This document shows, piece after piece, positions 19,508 to 28,943 of a stretch of 64,000 nucleotides of DNA. The stretch comes from Salinispira sp. (GTDB taxonomy: Bacteria > Spirochaetota > Spirochaetia > DSM-27196 > Salinispiraceae): assembly GCA_965602015.1 (NCBI GenBank), contig OZ271918.1, forward strand, positions 3,424,001 through 3,488,000, written 5' to 3'. The stretch's first letter is position 1. Each line of letters starts with the position of its first letter. The notes beneath the pieces are model-generated. The model was given only the letters and a program-made list of their open reading frames with translations. It was not told the origin of the DNA and ran no database searches. A program made the translations under genes and the position numbers.

Positions 19508-20313
19508 TGGATACGCTGCGCCACCACTTTGGATTCCGGCACAACCCGTTCCCGCAGAATGTAGCGGTAAAGGACCTGTACCCCTTACCGGCATTGGAAC
19601 CCCTGCGGCAGCGGGTGTTCTTTGCCCTGGAGCAGAAAGCCATTGCCGTCATCACCGGAGATGTGGGGTCGGGAAAGTCTACGTCATTGCGCTATGTCTC
19701 AAGCAAATGCCATTCGAGTGAGTATGAACTGATTACCATTGTCGGCGGGAACTTCTCACCCATGGAACTGTACCGGCAGATCCTGCTCACTTTCGGCATG
19801 AGCTATATGTCGTTCCAGGTATCGATCATGATCTCGAAGATCCGGGAGCTTATTCTGGAAATTGCATCCCGCAATGTCATCCCGGTGCTGGTAATCGATG
19901 AGGCTCATCTGCTGAAACGGTCAGTGTTTACCCAGCTGCATACCCTTGCTCAGTTTGAATTCGATTCCAAACCGGTCATGCCGATGATTCTCTGCGGTCA
20001 GGATTTCCTGCTCGATCATCTGATGGCTAACTCAGTTCGGCCTCTGGCGTCCCGGGTGCTGGGCAAGAATCATCTGGAGTCTATTAAGAAGGAGGTGATG
20101 GAAGATTACCTGAATCATCACATCACCCTGGCCGGGGGAACAAAGAAAGCATTCAGTGATGAGGCGATCTTTGCCATTCATCAGGGATCCGGTGGTCTCT
20201 TGCGGAAAGCCAACTCCCTGGCGAAAACGGCTCTCCTTGCCTGCGCCGGAGATGGTGGACAGACTGTTTCTGCAGAACACGTCCGGGTCGCTTCCACCGA
20301 GATTTTTATGTAA
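19507..20313 (+). CDS. ExeA-like AAA ATPase (transposition helper)
   Basis: HFGFRHNPF, GDVGSGKS, VIDEAH, ILCGQ. Confidence 0.9.
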   Translation: MDTLRHHFGFRHNPFPQNVAVKDLYPLPALEPLRQRVFFALEQKAIAVITGDVGSGKSTSLRYVSSKCHSSEYELITIVGGNFSPMELYRQILLTFGMSYMSFQVSIMISKIRELILEIASRNVIPVLVIDEAHLLKRSVFTQLHTLAQFEFDSKPVMPMILCGQDFLLDHLMANSVRPLASRVLGKNHLESIKKEVMEDYLNHHITLAGGTKKAFSDEAIFAIHQGSGGLLRKANSLAKTALLACAGDGGQTVSAEHVRVASTEIFM

Positions 20314-20433
20314 ATGCTGCCCCTGCCGCGAATGCGGCAGGGGGTACCCTTCGTCAGTTTTACTTGTAAAATTGTTTGTCTGTACGTGCGAGGGTTAGGC
20401 TAATTTAATGTGCGAAGCTACACGAAGCGCTTG

Positions 20434-21228
20434 TTATGCAGCGACCTCTTTCCTCATGGTACTGCTGTTGCCCTTTATCATGAATCGAGTCAACAAAAGC
20501 AAGATTCCAAGCAAAAAGATTGTGACTATCCATCGCATCATCGATGGAAAATCCAATGTATTTAAAAACAGGTCCCCAATATATCGAGAAGATAAATTTA
20601 CGATTCCATGAATTAGAATTGCGAAGTGAATTGAATAACCTTGAATAATAATCCAACCAAGAAAAAATCCTAATACAAGAGTAAATGAAATAAGGAGGAT
20701 GGTGCCATGAATAAGTGCAAAACAGATTGTGGATACAATAAGCGATGTATATTTATAATTTTCGGTAAACGGCAGGACATCCCGAAAGATTAGCTCTTCA
20801 ATAATTGGTGATAGGATCCCAATTGAGATCAGAGTGAATATTTTTCTTGTATTGTCTCCTGTGTCATACATTTGAATTATCTGGGATATTTCAATTTCAG
20901 CTTGTCCGGGAAAAAATATGTGTCCGATATTCCATGAAAATGAGATGAAGCTTATTCCCCAAAATAGCATAATCAATACCTGAAAGGGATCCATCTCCGG
21001 TTTTTGAAATACATTCGAAAATAATCTTTTGCTTGGGAGCAATAGCATAAGAATTAGAAAGATAAATTTTCCAATAGCTACCCGTTCGGGAAACTGTGAA
21101 GATGGATTGATGCTTATATTATATCCAGTATCATTTTGGGTAATTGTTGTGGATGCAAATACGAGAGTAAGAAAATATAAGAATACCAGGAGAAGCATGA
21201 ATAGTAAGGGTTTTCCTGGAAATTTCAT
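20434..21228 (-). CDS. Cassette 13: CPBP/CAAX intramembrane metalloprotease
   Basis: PIIEELIFR, FALIH, HGIVN motifs; stop codon inside R''. Confidence 0.88.
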   Translation of the reverse strand: MKFPGKPLLFMLLLVFLYFLTLVFASTTITQNDTGYNISINPSSQFPERVAIGKFIFLILMLLLPSKRLFSNVFQKPEMDPFQVLIMLFWGISFISFSWNIGHIFFPGQAEIEISQIIQMYDTGDNTRKIFTLISIGILSPIIEELIFRDVLPFTENYKYTSLIVSTICFALIHGTILLISFTLVLGFFLGWIIIQGYSIHFAILIHGIVNLSSRYIGDLFLNTLDFPSMMRWIVTIFLLGILLLLTRFMIKGNSSTMRKEVAA

Positions 21229-21261
21229 ACTCGGTGTATCCTATAAATCATTCTTGCGTCT

Positions 21262-21378
21262 GCATAACAACCACTTAACCTGTGAGCCGTACATTGGCAT
21301 GGAGTTTGCCCTGCCCTTCAGGGCAGGACAAGCAAACTCCATGCCAATAGGCGAATCAGGTTGAAGTGCTTGTTATGC
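21262..21378 (-). repeat. attC site (cassette 12)
   Basis: 117-bp palindrome GCATAAC...GTTATGC. Confidence 0.92.
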
Positions 21379-21807
21379 ACCCTCTAATATTTCGCTTTTT
21401 ATTTTTTCTATTGTCTGAAGCGCATTATTTATCAAAGGGAAAAGCAGTTCCTGATCGAGCATAAATCCATATGAATGACGAAAGAAATGTCGAAAACTCT
21501 GATAATCACGGACCGATTCATAGGTTTCTTTTGAAATGATTTTTCGATCTGTTATTAGCGTTAATAATTCTGAATGCCATTTTGGTCCATCAGGAATTTT
21601 AATTTCCTGATCTGTTAATATTAGTACGAAAATTTTTTCTATTCCGTTATAGATCGAATGTAGCGTGGTGGCCGCTGCTCTTACTTGAATTTCATCAATC
21701 CGATTTGCTGTGAAAAGTGGTATGAGAATTTTGGTAAGTTCGGCTTCCTTTAGGATTTGAGAAAATTCAAATTGGATATCATCTTTTGCTTCAGGCGACA
21801 CGTTCAA
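21373..21807 (-). CDS. Cassette 12: HEPN (HepT-like) RNase toxin
   Basis: HSIYNGIEKI; RHFFRH (RX4H) followed by SY. Confidence 0.85.
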   Translation of the reverse strand: MNVSPEAKDDIQFEFSQILKEAELTKILIPLFTANRIDEIQVRAAATTLHSIYNGIEKIFVLILTDQEIKIPDGPKWHSELLTLITDRKIISKETYESVRDYQSFRHFFRHSYGFMLDQELLFPLINNALQTIEKIKSEILEGA

Positions 21808-22081
21808 GTTTTTTTCTATCTCTTAATCTTCGACTAAAATCATGATCATAATCCAAGCCGATTAAGTCTACACTTCGGCTTAGTTTTTCAATGAGCTCCC
21901 CGTATGCCGTAAAAAATTTGCTTTTAGGGAGGCCGACGACCGCGATATCGATATCCGAATTATCCGTGAAATTTCCTTCAATTAAGGATCCAAAGATATA
22001 GATTTCACGGCATCCAAACTTCAGAAGAATTTCTTTTGCGAGATCTATATCTTCTTTGGTCTTTGTATCTGCCTTAATCAT
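21791..22081 (-). CDS. Cassette 12: MNT nucleotidyltransferase antitoxin
   Basis: FGS-X10-DID motif. Confidence 0.88.
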   Translation of the reverse strand: MIKADTKTKEDIDLAKEILLKFGCREIYIFGSLIEGNFTDNSDIDIAVVGLPKSKFFTAYGELIEKLSRSVDLIGLDYDHDFSRRLRDRKKLERVA

Positions 22082-22162
22082 TAATCCAATTCTATTTTAT
22101 AGATTTGAAAAACACAAGAATTCGGTAAGACTGCTTGTTAATCTAAAATATTAAAAAAGTGT

Positions 22163-22260
22163 GCATAACAACCACTTAACCTGTGAGCCGTACATTGGCG
22201 CGTGTTTTTGCGAATGCAAAAACCGTGACAATAGGCGAATCAGGTTGAAGCTTGTTATGT
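22163..22260 (-). repeat. attC site (cassette 11), short, with 2-bp spacer deletion
   Basis: 98 bp; ttgaag-ctt-gtta instead of ttgaag-tgctt-gtta. Confidence 0.85.
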
Positions 22261-22262
22261 GG

Positions 22263-22496
22263 TCATTTATCATGCTGTTCAGGTTCTGTATTGGGAACCT
22301 TTTTCAATATCTCTTTGTATTTGTCAGTGCTGCCCGACTTTGCTCGTTCGCTAAGATAATTTTCCGTTTCTAGTGCAGTGATTTTTTCAGCAACTGCAGC
22401 AGCGATAAACTGATTTATCGAGACATGATCTTCTTTCGAGAACCGCTTCACTGATGCGTGAAGAGAGTCTGGGATTCTTATACTCAACGTACTCAT
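22263..22496 (-). CDS. Cassette 11: RHH/HicB-like antitoxin
   Basis: MSTLSIRIPDSLH..SINQFIAAAVAEK. Confidence 0.8.
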   Translation of the reverse strand: MSTLSIRIPDSLHASVKRFSKEDHVSINQFIAAAVAEKITALETENYLSERAKSGSTDKYKEILKKVPNTEPEQHDK

Positions 22497-22921
22497 TTGT
22501 CCTCCTCAAGGATTTGCAGGAATTCATATGGCGTAATTGCTGAAATACCAAATGTGCTGGCTCGTTCAAAGTCTTTCACATTGTACGTAATTATCCATTT
22601 TGCATTTGCGGCTACCGCAACCTCAAGTAAATGATCATCATAAGGATCTTTGAGAATTGGTCGCCATAGATAATATACTTTGATATGTCTCCCAATCTTG
22701 CATAGGTAATCAATAATTGCCTGTATGTCCTGGTCTGAATAAATTTTCTTATCTAGTTTCTTTTTCAGTATTGCCTCGTATTCAAGAATGACCGGAACAG
22801 AAATTGAAATATTGAATTTCTCTTCCGCTAAAAGCTGGAGAATCTGAAAGGACTTTCCGTTTCGGCTACCTAAACCAGATAATAGGACATTGGTATCGAG
22901 AATTGCTTCTTGCTTCTCCAT
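22493..22921 (-). CDS. Cassette 11: PIN-domain toxin
   Basis: ILDTNVL, EY, DPYDD, ITYNVKDF. Confidence 0.88.
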   Translation of the reverse strand: MEKQEAILDTNVLLSGLGSRNGKSFQILQLLAEEKFNISISVPVILEYEAILKKKLDKKIYSDQDIQAIIDYLCKIGRHIKVYYLWRPILKDPYDDHLLEVAVAANAKWIITYNVKDFERASTFGISAITPYEFLQILEEDK

Positions 22922-22924
22922 AAA

Positions 22925-22955
22925 GGTATTATATATGATACCGAAATACTTTCAA
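22925..22955 (-). promoter_or_regulatory. PIN-TA promoter with palindromic operator
   Basis: TTGAAA-16-TATAAT-6nt-ATG; GGTATCATATATAATACC inverted repeat over the -10. Confidence 0.7.
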
Positions 22956-22966
22956 GTGTAGAGTAA

Positions 22967-23206
22967 TTACCAAATATAAAACATTGCATATGTCAGAGGA
23001 ACTACTACTATGGGGGACAGAAAGACTATTACAAGTGAAGGAAATTTCTGTTCTTTTCTTTTTTGATTAGAATATTGATTCAGAATTTTGATCCAATGCT
23101 GTCCATCCAATTCAATATTATTATCGATTAAGTATTTCTCCATAAGTGCCGCGCCTATGGCCTGGGGAACAATTATTAATAAGAATAGAATGAATATAGG
23201 AAGCAT
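22967..23206 (-). CDS. Cassette 11: small membrane protein
   Basis: 79 aa, two hydrophobic segments, AGGAG RBS. Confidence 0.6.
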   Translation of the reverse strand: MLPIFILFLLIIVPQAIGAALMEKYLIDNNIELDGQHWIKILNQYSNQKRKEQKFPSLVIVFLSPIVVVPLTYAMFYIW

Positions 23207-23241
23207 TCAGGCTCCTAGTCCTCGTTTGTAAATCTTGATCC

Positions 23242-23355
23242 ACATAACAACCACTTGAGCGGCGAGCCGTCAATTGGCGTGGAGTTTGCCCGCCGTCAGG
23301 CGGATCAGCAAACTCCATGACAATAGGCGAGTCCGTCTCGAAGTGCTTGTTAAAT
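23242..23355 (-). repeat. attC site (cassette 10)
   Basis: ACATAAC...GTTAAAT palindrome. Confidence 0.92.
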
Positions 23356-23369
23356 GTCCTATATGTATA

Positions 23370-24389
23370 TTAAACCGCCAGTTTAAAATCTGAGAGACCG
23401 TGACTCTCCAAGACCTCATTATATTTTTCGATGAAATCCGATTTTCCTTCAAGGATTAAAAAGATCTCTTCGAGTCCAAATCGAGCTAAAAGCATTCCGA
23501 AAAGTTCTGTTCCGAATAAGTAGTTTGGATATTGAGACAATTGCTTCTCGGATGAATCGATTCGTCCTGATGTGAACCATTTCTTATAGATTTTCCCCAT
23601 ATCAATATTTGGATTATTTGAAACCTCGGCGAAGTCATCACAAAATTGGCTGAAGTAATATGTATAGTGAGCACGGAAATAATCCCAATCATCAACCTCA
23701 ATCACATAATTCTTTCTAGCGGGTTCGATGATTGGTGAGAATAATGTCTCAGGATGGTTGAAGGATTTAATAGCTAATCCTTCGAATGCGAAGAAGAATA
23801 AAAATTCCTGCCAATTATCGAGATCTGAAAAGTTCGCAAAATATTTTTGGAACCCTATATGGTGTAATTCATGTGCGATGAGATTTTCTAACTGCTGGAT
23901 AGATTCATATTGTGTGAGTGCTTCAATAAAATCAAAGTGGATTACGTTTTTATATGGCCATCCAAAACTATTCCCGATTCCCACAGTGATGAGTATATCG
24001 AAATCTGGAAGTTGAATATTCTTAGGTAGTTTTTCAGCTGCTTTTACTTTCGCAGCTGTGATCACGCTCTCCCACCCTTTGGTAAATCCTTTCCATTTCG
24101 ATTTGATAACCTCAATATTGTTTAGCAGTTGCACAATCCGTTTTATATGCGGATGAGAATCATTATTCACTGGAGTAGGTTTCTGTCCTGAGAAGCCAGA
24201 AATTGTCTCAATTATTTCAGGAGTTGGAAAGGAAAACTCTGAATCCCTGGAAGTATATCGTTCGATTTCCAAAAGATAATCTTCGTGTTGATATAGTTTT
24301 GAGATATCATTTTTCGGCACAACGCCGTTTAAAATTTGATCGGTGAGATTGAATAAGACGGGTATTGTAGCTGAACGTAAAGTTCCCAT
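23370..24389 (-). CDS. Cassette 10: putative Zn-dependent protease
   Basis: IAHELHHIG (HExxH) with downstream EGLA. Confidence 0.7.
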   Translation of the reverse strand: MGTLRSATIPVLFNLTDQILNGVVPKNDISKLYQHEDYLLEIERYTSRDSEFSFPTPEIIETISGFSGQKPTPVNNDSHPHIKRIVQLLNNIEVIKSKWKGFTKGWESVITAAKVKAAEKLPKNIQLPDFDILITVGIGNSFGWPYKNVIHFDFIEALTQYESIQQLENLIAHELHHIGFQKYFANFSDLDNWQEFLFFFAFEGLAIKSFNHPETLFSPIIEPARKNYVIEVDDWDYFRAHYTYYFSQFCDDFAEVSNNPNIDMGKIYKKWFTSGRIDSSEKQLSQYPNYLFGTELFGMLLARFGLEEIFLILEGKSDFIEKYNEVLESHGLSDFKLAV

Positions 24390-24406
24390 TAATTCACCTT
24401 AGGTAC

Positions 24407-24523
24407 ATTTAACACTCGCTTGAGCTGCGAGCCGAAATTGGCGTGGAGTTTGCCCTGCCCTCCTGGGCAGGAATAGCAAACTCCATGACAATAGGCGAGT
24501 CAGACTCAAAGCGTTTGTTATGA
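24407..24523 (-). repeat. attC site (cassette 9)
   Basis: ATTTAAC...GTTATGA palindrome. Confidence 0.9.
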
Positions 24524-25204
24524 CGCGCTTTTCTGTTTATGGCAGGACATCTGAGCTAAATAAATCTGTAAGTCTTCTTCAGATATACCACTGCTTTCAA
24601 GAGCTCGCCAATTGCCAGAGTCCTTTAAATTTTGAAATAGTTCTTTGACTGATACTGATAAATCTTCGCCATAATATTTTCCGGTCATCTGATATATTTG
24701 TTGTGAAATTGTAATGGTCTTAAGGATATCTTGCTTTAGGGTGGCATTATAACAAAGGTGTCCACCTACTGCATAAACCAGAAAGCCTTTCTCAGTAAGA
24801 TGATTTTCTTCATCAATAAACTCTCTTTTTCTTAGAAGTCTGTAATTTTCGTCTTCATTTTCAGGTTTAATTCTGAAATAGCATTGTTGTAGTATTTTCC
24901 AAATTTCTTTTTTTGAGAGCAGAGAGAAAAAGTCAGAAACGGTAGTGAAGTCTTCGAGATAATTTCCAATCGCATATGTAGGCAAGTTGGTTGTATACCA
25001 TCCATTTTTTAAATCATATGCGAGCAATTGAGATAAACCTTGATGTGAATTTTCATGGACAGTTTTTTTTAGGTTTTCAAGGGCAACATCGTGTCCACAT
25101 ACTGCACTTGTCGATTCTATTTTGGAGTCTAGTTCTGCAAGCTTGATTTTCAATCGAGTGATCTCTTGTTTCAAGAACACAGGATTTTCTTCTGATTGAT
25201 TCAT
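24518..25204 (-). CDS. Cassette 9: hypothetical protein with N-terminal coiled coil
   Basis: 228 aa ORF filling the cassette; stop in R''. Confidence 0.7.
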   Translation of the reverse strand: MNQSEENPVFLKQEITRLKIKLAELDSKIESTSAVCGHDVALENLKKTVHENSHQGLSQLLAYDLKNGWYTTNLPTYAIGNYLEDFTTVSDFFSLLSKKEIWKILQQCYFRIKPENEDENYRLLRKREFIDEENHLTEKGFLVYAVGGHLCYNATLKQDILKTITISQQIYQMTGKYYGEDLSVSVKELFQNLKDSGNWRALESSGISEEDLQIYLAQMSCHKQKSAS

Positions 25205-25287
25205 GTTGCCCCCACATCTTATTAGAGATTACAAACATAATATCATAATTATCATTAATTGAAACTAAGAAAATATTTTTTGCGTCG

Positions 25288-25408
25288 TCATAACAACCAC
25301 TTGAGCGGCGAGCCGTCAATTGGCGTGGAGTTTGCCCTGCCCGATTAGGGCAGGAATTAAGCAAACTCCATGACAATAGGCGAGTCCGTCTCGAAGTGCT
25401 TGTTATAT
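25288..25408 (-). repeat. attC site (cassette 8)
   Basis: TCATAAC...GTTATAT palindrome. Confidence 0.9.
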
Positions 25409-25436
25409 TTCAACTCCAATCAACAGTTTTGTTCCT

Positions 25437-26195
25437 TTAATTTTTATTCGCTTGATAAGTCTCCATCGAAATTTTGATAACATCCATAATTATTTTCAAT
25501 TCATCTGTACTAGCTAGCTCAGCCCCGAATTTCCATTCATTTGATAATATGGATTGCTCTGCCAGCAATTCTCCATCTTGGAAATAGTAATTCGCATTCC
25601 ATCGAATTTCATTCTCCAGTGAAAATGGATTCAATCCCCAATGGATATTCGATATCAAAATAATTTCATCTTCATCGAAATATGTGGTGTATGTGAATCC
25701 CGAACCATCACCGATAACTCGAATAATAAATTTGACCAGTGAATCATTCGTATTCGTATATGCACTGATTCGATATCCAACAGGGTACCCAGGACCATCC
25801 TCGTGCAGGATTTCAAAATTAAAATCAAAATCGCTTCGATCCATATCGATCTTATCAAGATGATCAATTTGAGTGGTGATATCATTAATTAGAAAAATAT
25901 TTGGGTTAAAAAGGAGCTGCCAAACATCAGCGGTTACAACACCATCATCAATTAGTGAGAATCTATTCTGAAAAATTGTGATTGCAATTTCTGAGTTCGG
26001 ACCAAACCATCCATCTACAGTACCCACTTCTGCATATCCTAAATCTAATAACCGTTGCTGAACTTGCGTTACATCAGGACCATTCATCCGGGGACTTGCC
26101 AAGTAAATGTCTCGGTAAAATTCCTGATTCTGAGCTGATAGCGAGGATATCGATAAAAGAAAAAATAAGGTAAATAATGATTTTCGGTTTTTCAT
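25437..26195 (-). CDS. Cassette 8: exported peptidoglycan-binding-domain protein
   Basis: Signal peptide from ATG 26195; GPDVTQVQQRL..VDGWFGPNS..FQ..DGVV (PG_binding_1). Confidence 0.8.
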   Translation of the reverse strand: MKNRKSLFTLFFLLSISSLSAQNQEFYRDIYLASPRMNGPDVTQVQQRLLDLGYAEVGTVDGWFGPNSEIAITIFQNRFSLIDDGVVTADVWQLLFNPNIFLINDITTQIDHLDKIDMDRSDFDFNFEILHEDGPGYPVGYRISAYTNTNDSLVKFIIRVIGDGSGFTYTTYFDEDEIILISNIHWGLNPFSLENEIRWNANYYFQDGELLAEQSILSNEWKFGAELASTDELKIIMDVIKISMETYQANKN

Positions 26196-26214
26196 GCAAT
26201 TTCCCCGGTTGTAA

Positions 26215-26369
26215 ATATAACAACCACTTGAGCCGCGAGCCGTAATTGGCGCGTGTTCTTGCGCCGTACCTCCCTGCAGGCTTCTTCTTTTGATTGTACC
26301 CGTAGTTCCCCTCACCGCTCAAGCAAGAACCGTGACAATAGGCGAGTCGGCTCAAAGTGCTTGTTATAT
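26215..26369 (-). repeat. attC site (cassette 7), long variant
   Basis: 155 bp; conserved arms with a long pyrimidine-rich central loop. Confidence 0.88.
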
Positions 26370-26903
26370 TGCGCACATCTTTAGGCAATCTTTTTGGTTT
26401 TTGGCTTTCAGGATATAGCAGTTTTTCGATATGATCGCAGTCAGTGAATACAAGCAGATAGGTTTAGTATCCCACGAGCCAAATACCAAAGCGCGGATGA
26501 ATTTGCCGGATGCGGCAATCTGCTATGCTTTGATTTCGGTTTTTCATATCATTTCAATTTGCGCAGGGTACAAAATAGCACCTGGCTTTCAAATCGATGT
26601 TCGATCTGAATCAGAAAAAATAGATCACTGGCAAGAGATGCGAGGACAATGACCGAAAATCACTGATTACTTTGTAATAAAGCCACGCGGCAATTTCGAG
26701 CCTTTCAGAGACCATAGATTGGTGCACTATTTGCCGATCGGATCACACAGTTCAGTGCGCCAAAAATGACTTGAGCTGTGAACCTCGGCAGAATACGAAT
26801 CAGGCGTTATAGCCGTTGACTCAGCAGTCACAGAATTCCAGAACCAAAATAAATGAAGCGGCTAAATTCGACTGCAACTTCGGTTTATGCATTTCCTGAG
26901 TCC
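26370..26903 (-). other. Cassette 7: no substantial ORF
   Basis: ~530 bp between two attC sites; only a 23-codon ORF at the sense start and a 73-codon antisense ORF. Confidence 0.75.
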
Positions 26904-27014
26904 ATATAACAACCGCTTGAGCGGCACGCCGTCAATTGGCGTGAAAAATGCCGAGCGCAGCGACAAGCATTTTTCATGACAATAGGCGTGTCCGTCTCAA
27001 AGCGCTTGTTATGT
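26904..27014 (-). repeat. attC site (cassette 6)
   Basis: ATATAAC...GTTATGT palindrome. Confidence 0.9.
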
Positions 27015-27023
27015 CGCCCCTTT

Positions 27024-27320
27024 TTATCTCATACATATTATTTTGTTGAGAAATTTTCCTTCAATATTACCTTTCAATTTCAGATAATAGGATAACCAAA
27101 GAATAATCACCAATAAAACAAAAATAAACTGAGGAATCCCCTGAAGATATCGAAATATATTATCCAGTTGCTCGATTTGGAAATTAAGATCTCCATCTTG
27201 CCTTACCTCAAATCTTCCGACATACCATCCTCGAAGAAAATCATGCGAAAATGAAATTAAGAGGTGCAATATGTATGCAATTCCTCCAGAGAAAAGTACA
27301 ATTCTTCCAGCATTATTCAT
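27024..27320 (-). CDS. Cassette 6: small membrane protein
   Basis: AAGGAG RBS; two TM-like segments. Confidence 0.6.
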   Translation of the reverse strand: MNNAGRIVLFSGGIAYILHLLISFSHDFLRGWYVGRFEVRQDGDLNFQIEQLDNIFRYLQGIPQFIFVLLVIILWLSYYLKLKGNIEGKFLNKIICMR

Positions 27321-27389
27321 TTCATAAATCTCCTTTCTTCAACCTGCATTATCGAAATTTATTTCTCGCAATAATTTAAGTTGTCTGGT

Positions 27390-28025
27390 TTAAAATCCTA
27401 TTTCATTTTCTAGGTGATGTAAGATCATTTCGATTTGATACATTAAATATTGCTCAGGATGATCCAATGCTATCTCAATATAGTTTTCATCAAAGTTTTC
27501 CCTAGTTAAAATTACCTCGCTCATCATTGAATTTGTTCTAATATCCAATAAATCATTTTTCAGCTTTAGCAATTTATTTTTGTCATACCTGATGAGATAT
27601 TGAACTGCAAACTTATTTGCGTCTAACTCCATTTCATATGGTGATAATTCCCATATATCATTCTGCACTTGAATGTAATGACCAAATTCATGAGCAATAA
27701 AAAACCAATTAAAGAGATCATGAAATATCTCGGGATCGGTTAGATTTGTTGAAATAAATTGCTTCTGCTCAGTGTTCAGTTCATTATATTTGGGTACCAC
27801 AATAGTATTACTTGCTCTGTCATAGAATATTAGGAGATCTGTCGTTCGAAATTCTATTTTTGGAATGTCGCTGTACCCAATTTCGGATAAATCTTCGTTC
27901 AGTGAATTATATAGCCTTTTTGACTCGCTTAAATATGTGCATGACGTGATTGAAATGATAATGATCAATAATCCCATGATAATTTTTATCCATTTCATTA
28001 AAAAAATCATATCAGTTTGGTCCAA
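27390..28025 (-). CDS. Cassette 6: putative lipoprotein metallopeptidase
   Basis: SITSC lipobox-like; IAHEFGH..ELDAN. Confidence 0.65.
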   Translation of the reverse strand: MDQTDMIFLMKWIKIIMGLLIIIISITSCTYLSESKRLYNSLNEDLSEIGYSDIPKIEFRTTDLLIFYDRASNTIVVPKYNELNTEQKQFISTNLTDPEIFHDLFNWFFIAHEFGHYIQVQNDIWELSPYEMELDANKFAVQYLIRYDKNKLLKLKNDLLDIRTNSMMSEVILTRENFDENYIEIALDHPEQYLMYQIEMILHHLENEIGF

Positions 28026-28042
28026 TACTTAATCTTTTGTCG

Positions 28043-28159
28043 ACATAACAACCACTTAACCTGTGAGCCGTACATTGGCATGGAGTTTGCCCTGCCCTTC
28101 AGGGCAGGACAAGCAAACTCCATGCCAATAGGCGAATCAGGTTGAAGTGCTTGTTATGC
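28043..28159 (-). repeat. attC site (cassette 5)
   Basis: Same as 21262-21378 apart from the R' extension. Confidence 0.92.
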
Positions 28160-28588
28160 ACCCTCTAATATTTCGCTTTTTATTTTTTCTATTGTCTGAA
28201 GCGCATTATTTATCAAAGGGAAAAGCAGTTCCTGATCGAGCATAAATCCATATGAATGACGAAAGAAATGTCGAAAACTCTGATAATCACGGACCGATTC
28301 ATAGGTTTCTTTTGAAATGATTTTTCGATCTGTTATTAGCGTTAATAATTCTGAATGCCATTTTGGTCCATCAGGAATTTTAATTTCCTGATCTGTTAAT
28401 ATTAGTACGAAAATTTTTTCTATTCCGTTATAGATCGAATGTAGCGTGGTGGCCGCTGCTCTTACTTGAATTTCATCAATCCGATTTGCTGTGAAAAGTG
28501 GTATGAGAATTTTGGTAAGTTCGGCTTCCTTTAGGATTTGAGAAAATTCAAATTGGATATCATCTTTTGCTTCAGGCGACACGTTCAA
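28154..28588 (-). CDS. Cassette 5: HEPN toxin (copy of cassette 12)
   Basis: Identical protein to 21373-21807. Confidence 0.85.
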   Translation of the reverse strand: MNVSPEAKDDIQFEFSQILKEAELTKILIPLFTANRIDEIQVRAAATTLHSIYNGIEKIFVLILTDQEIKIPDGPKWHSELLTLITDRKIISKETYESVRDYQSFRHFFRHSYGFMLDQELLFPLINNALQTIEKIKSEILEGA

Positions 28589-28862
28589 GTTTTTTTCTAT
28601 CTCTTAATCTTCGACTAAAATCATGATCATAATCCAAGCCGATTAAGTCTACACTTCGGCTTAGTTTTTCAATGAGCTCCCCGTATGCCGTAAAAAATTT
28701 GCTTTTAGGGAGGCCGACGACCGCGATATCGATATCCGAATTATCCGTGAAATTTCCTTCAATTAAGGATCCAAAGATATAGATTTCACGGCATCCAAAC
28801 TTCAGAAGAATTTCTTTTGCGAGATCTATATCTTCTTTGGTCTTTGTATCTGCCTTAATCAT
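28572..28862 (-). CDS. Cassette 5: MNT antitoxin (copy of cassette 12)
   Basis: Identical protein to 21791-22081. Confidence 0.88.
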   Translation of the reverse strand: MIKADTKTKEDIDLAKEILLKFGCREIYIFGSLIEGNFTDNSDIDIAVVGLPKSKFFTAYGELIEKLSRSVDLIGLDYDHDFSRRLRDRKKLERVA

Positions 28863-28943
28863 TAATCCAATTCTATTTTATAGATTTGAAAAACACAAGA
28901 ATTCGGTAAGACTGCTTGTTAATCTAAAATATTAAAAAAGTGT

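Larger units (their letters stand above)
17497..20422 (+). mobile_element. Three-gene IS481/Mu-like DDE element with ExeA-type ATPase (2926 bp)
   Basis: TIRs TGTAGCCTCTCAAATTAAATT / TGTAGCTTCGCACATTAAATT (18/21); CGAA direct repeat at 17493-17496 and 20423-20426. Confidence 0.92.
17397..20439 (-). repeat. attC of cassette 13, split by transposon (17397-17496 plus 20423-20439)
   Basis: Removing 17497-20422 and one CGAA restores ...gtccgtctcgaagcgcttgttatgc. Confidence 0.9.

Noticed and set aside
17497..20422. CAST or Tn7-like guided transposon
   Set aside because: No TniQ/TnsD, Cas or guide array is recognisable; only transposase, ATPase and a Zn-finger ORF.
25437..26315. 292-aa ORF start at 26315, and small ORFs 23121-23318, 25077-25376, 26074-26388
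   Set aside because: They start in or run through attC sites; the real gene starts at ATG 26195 with a signal peptide.
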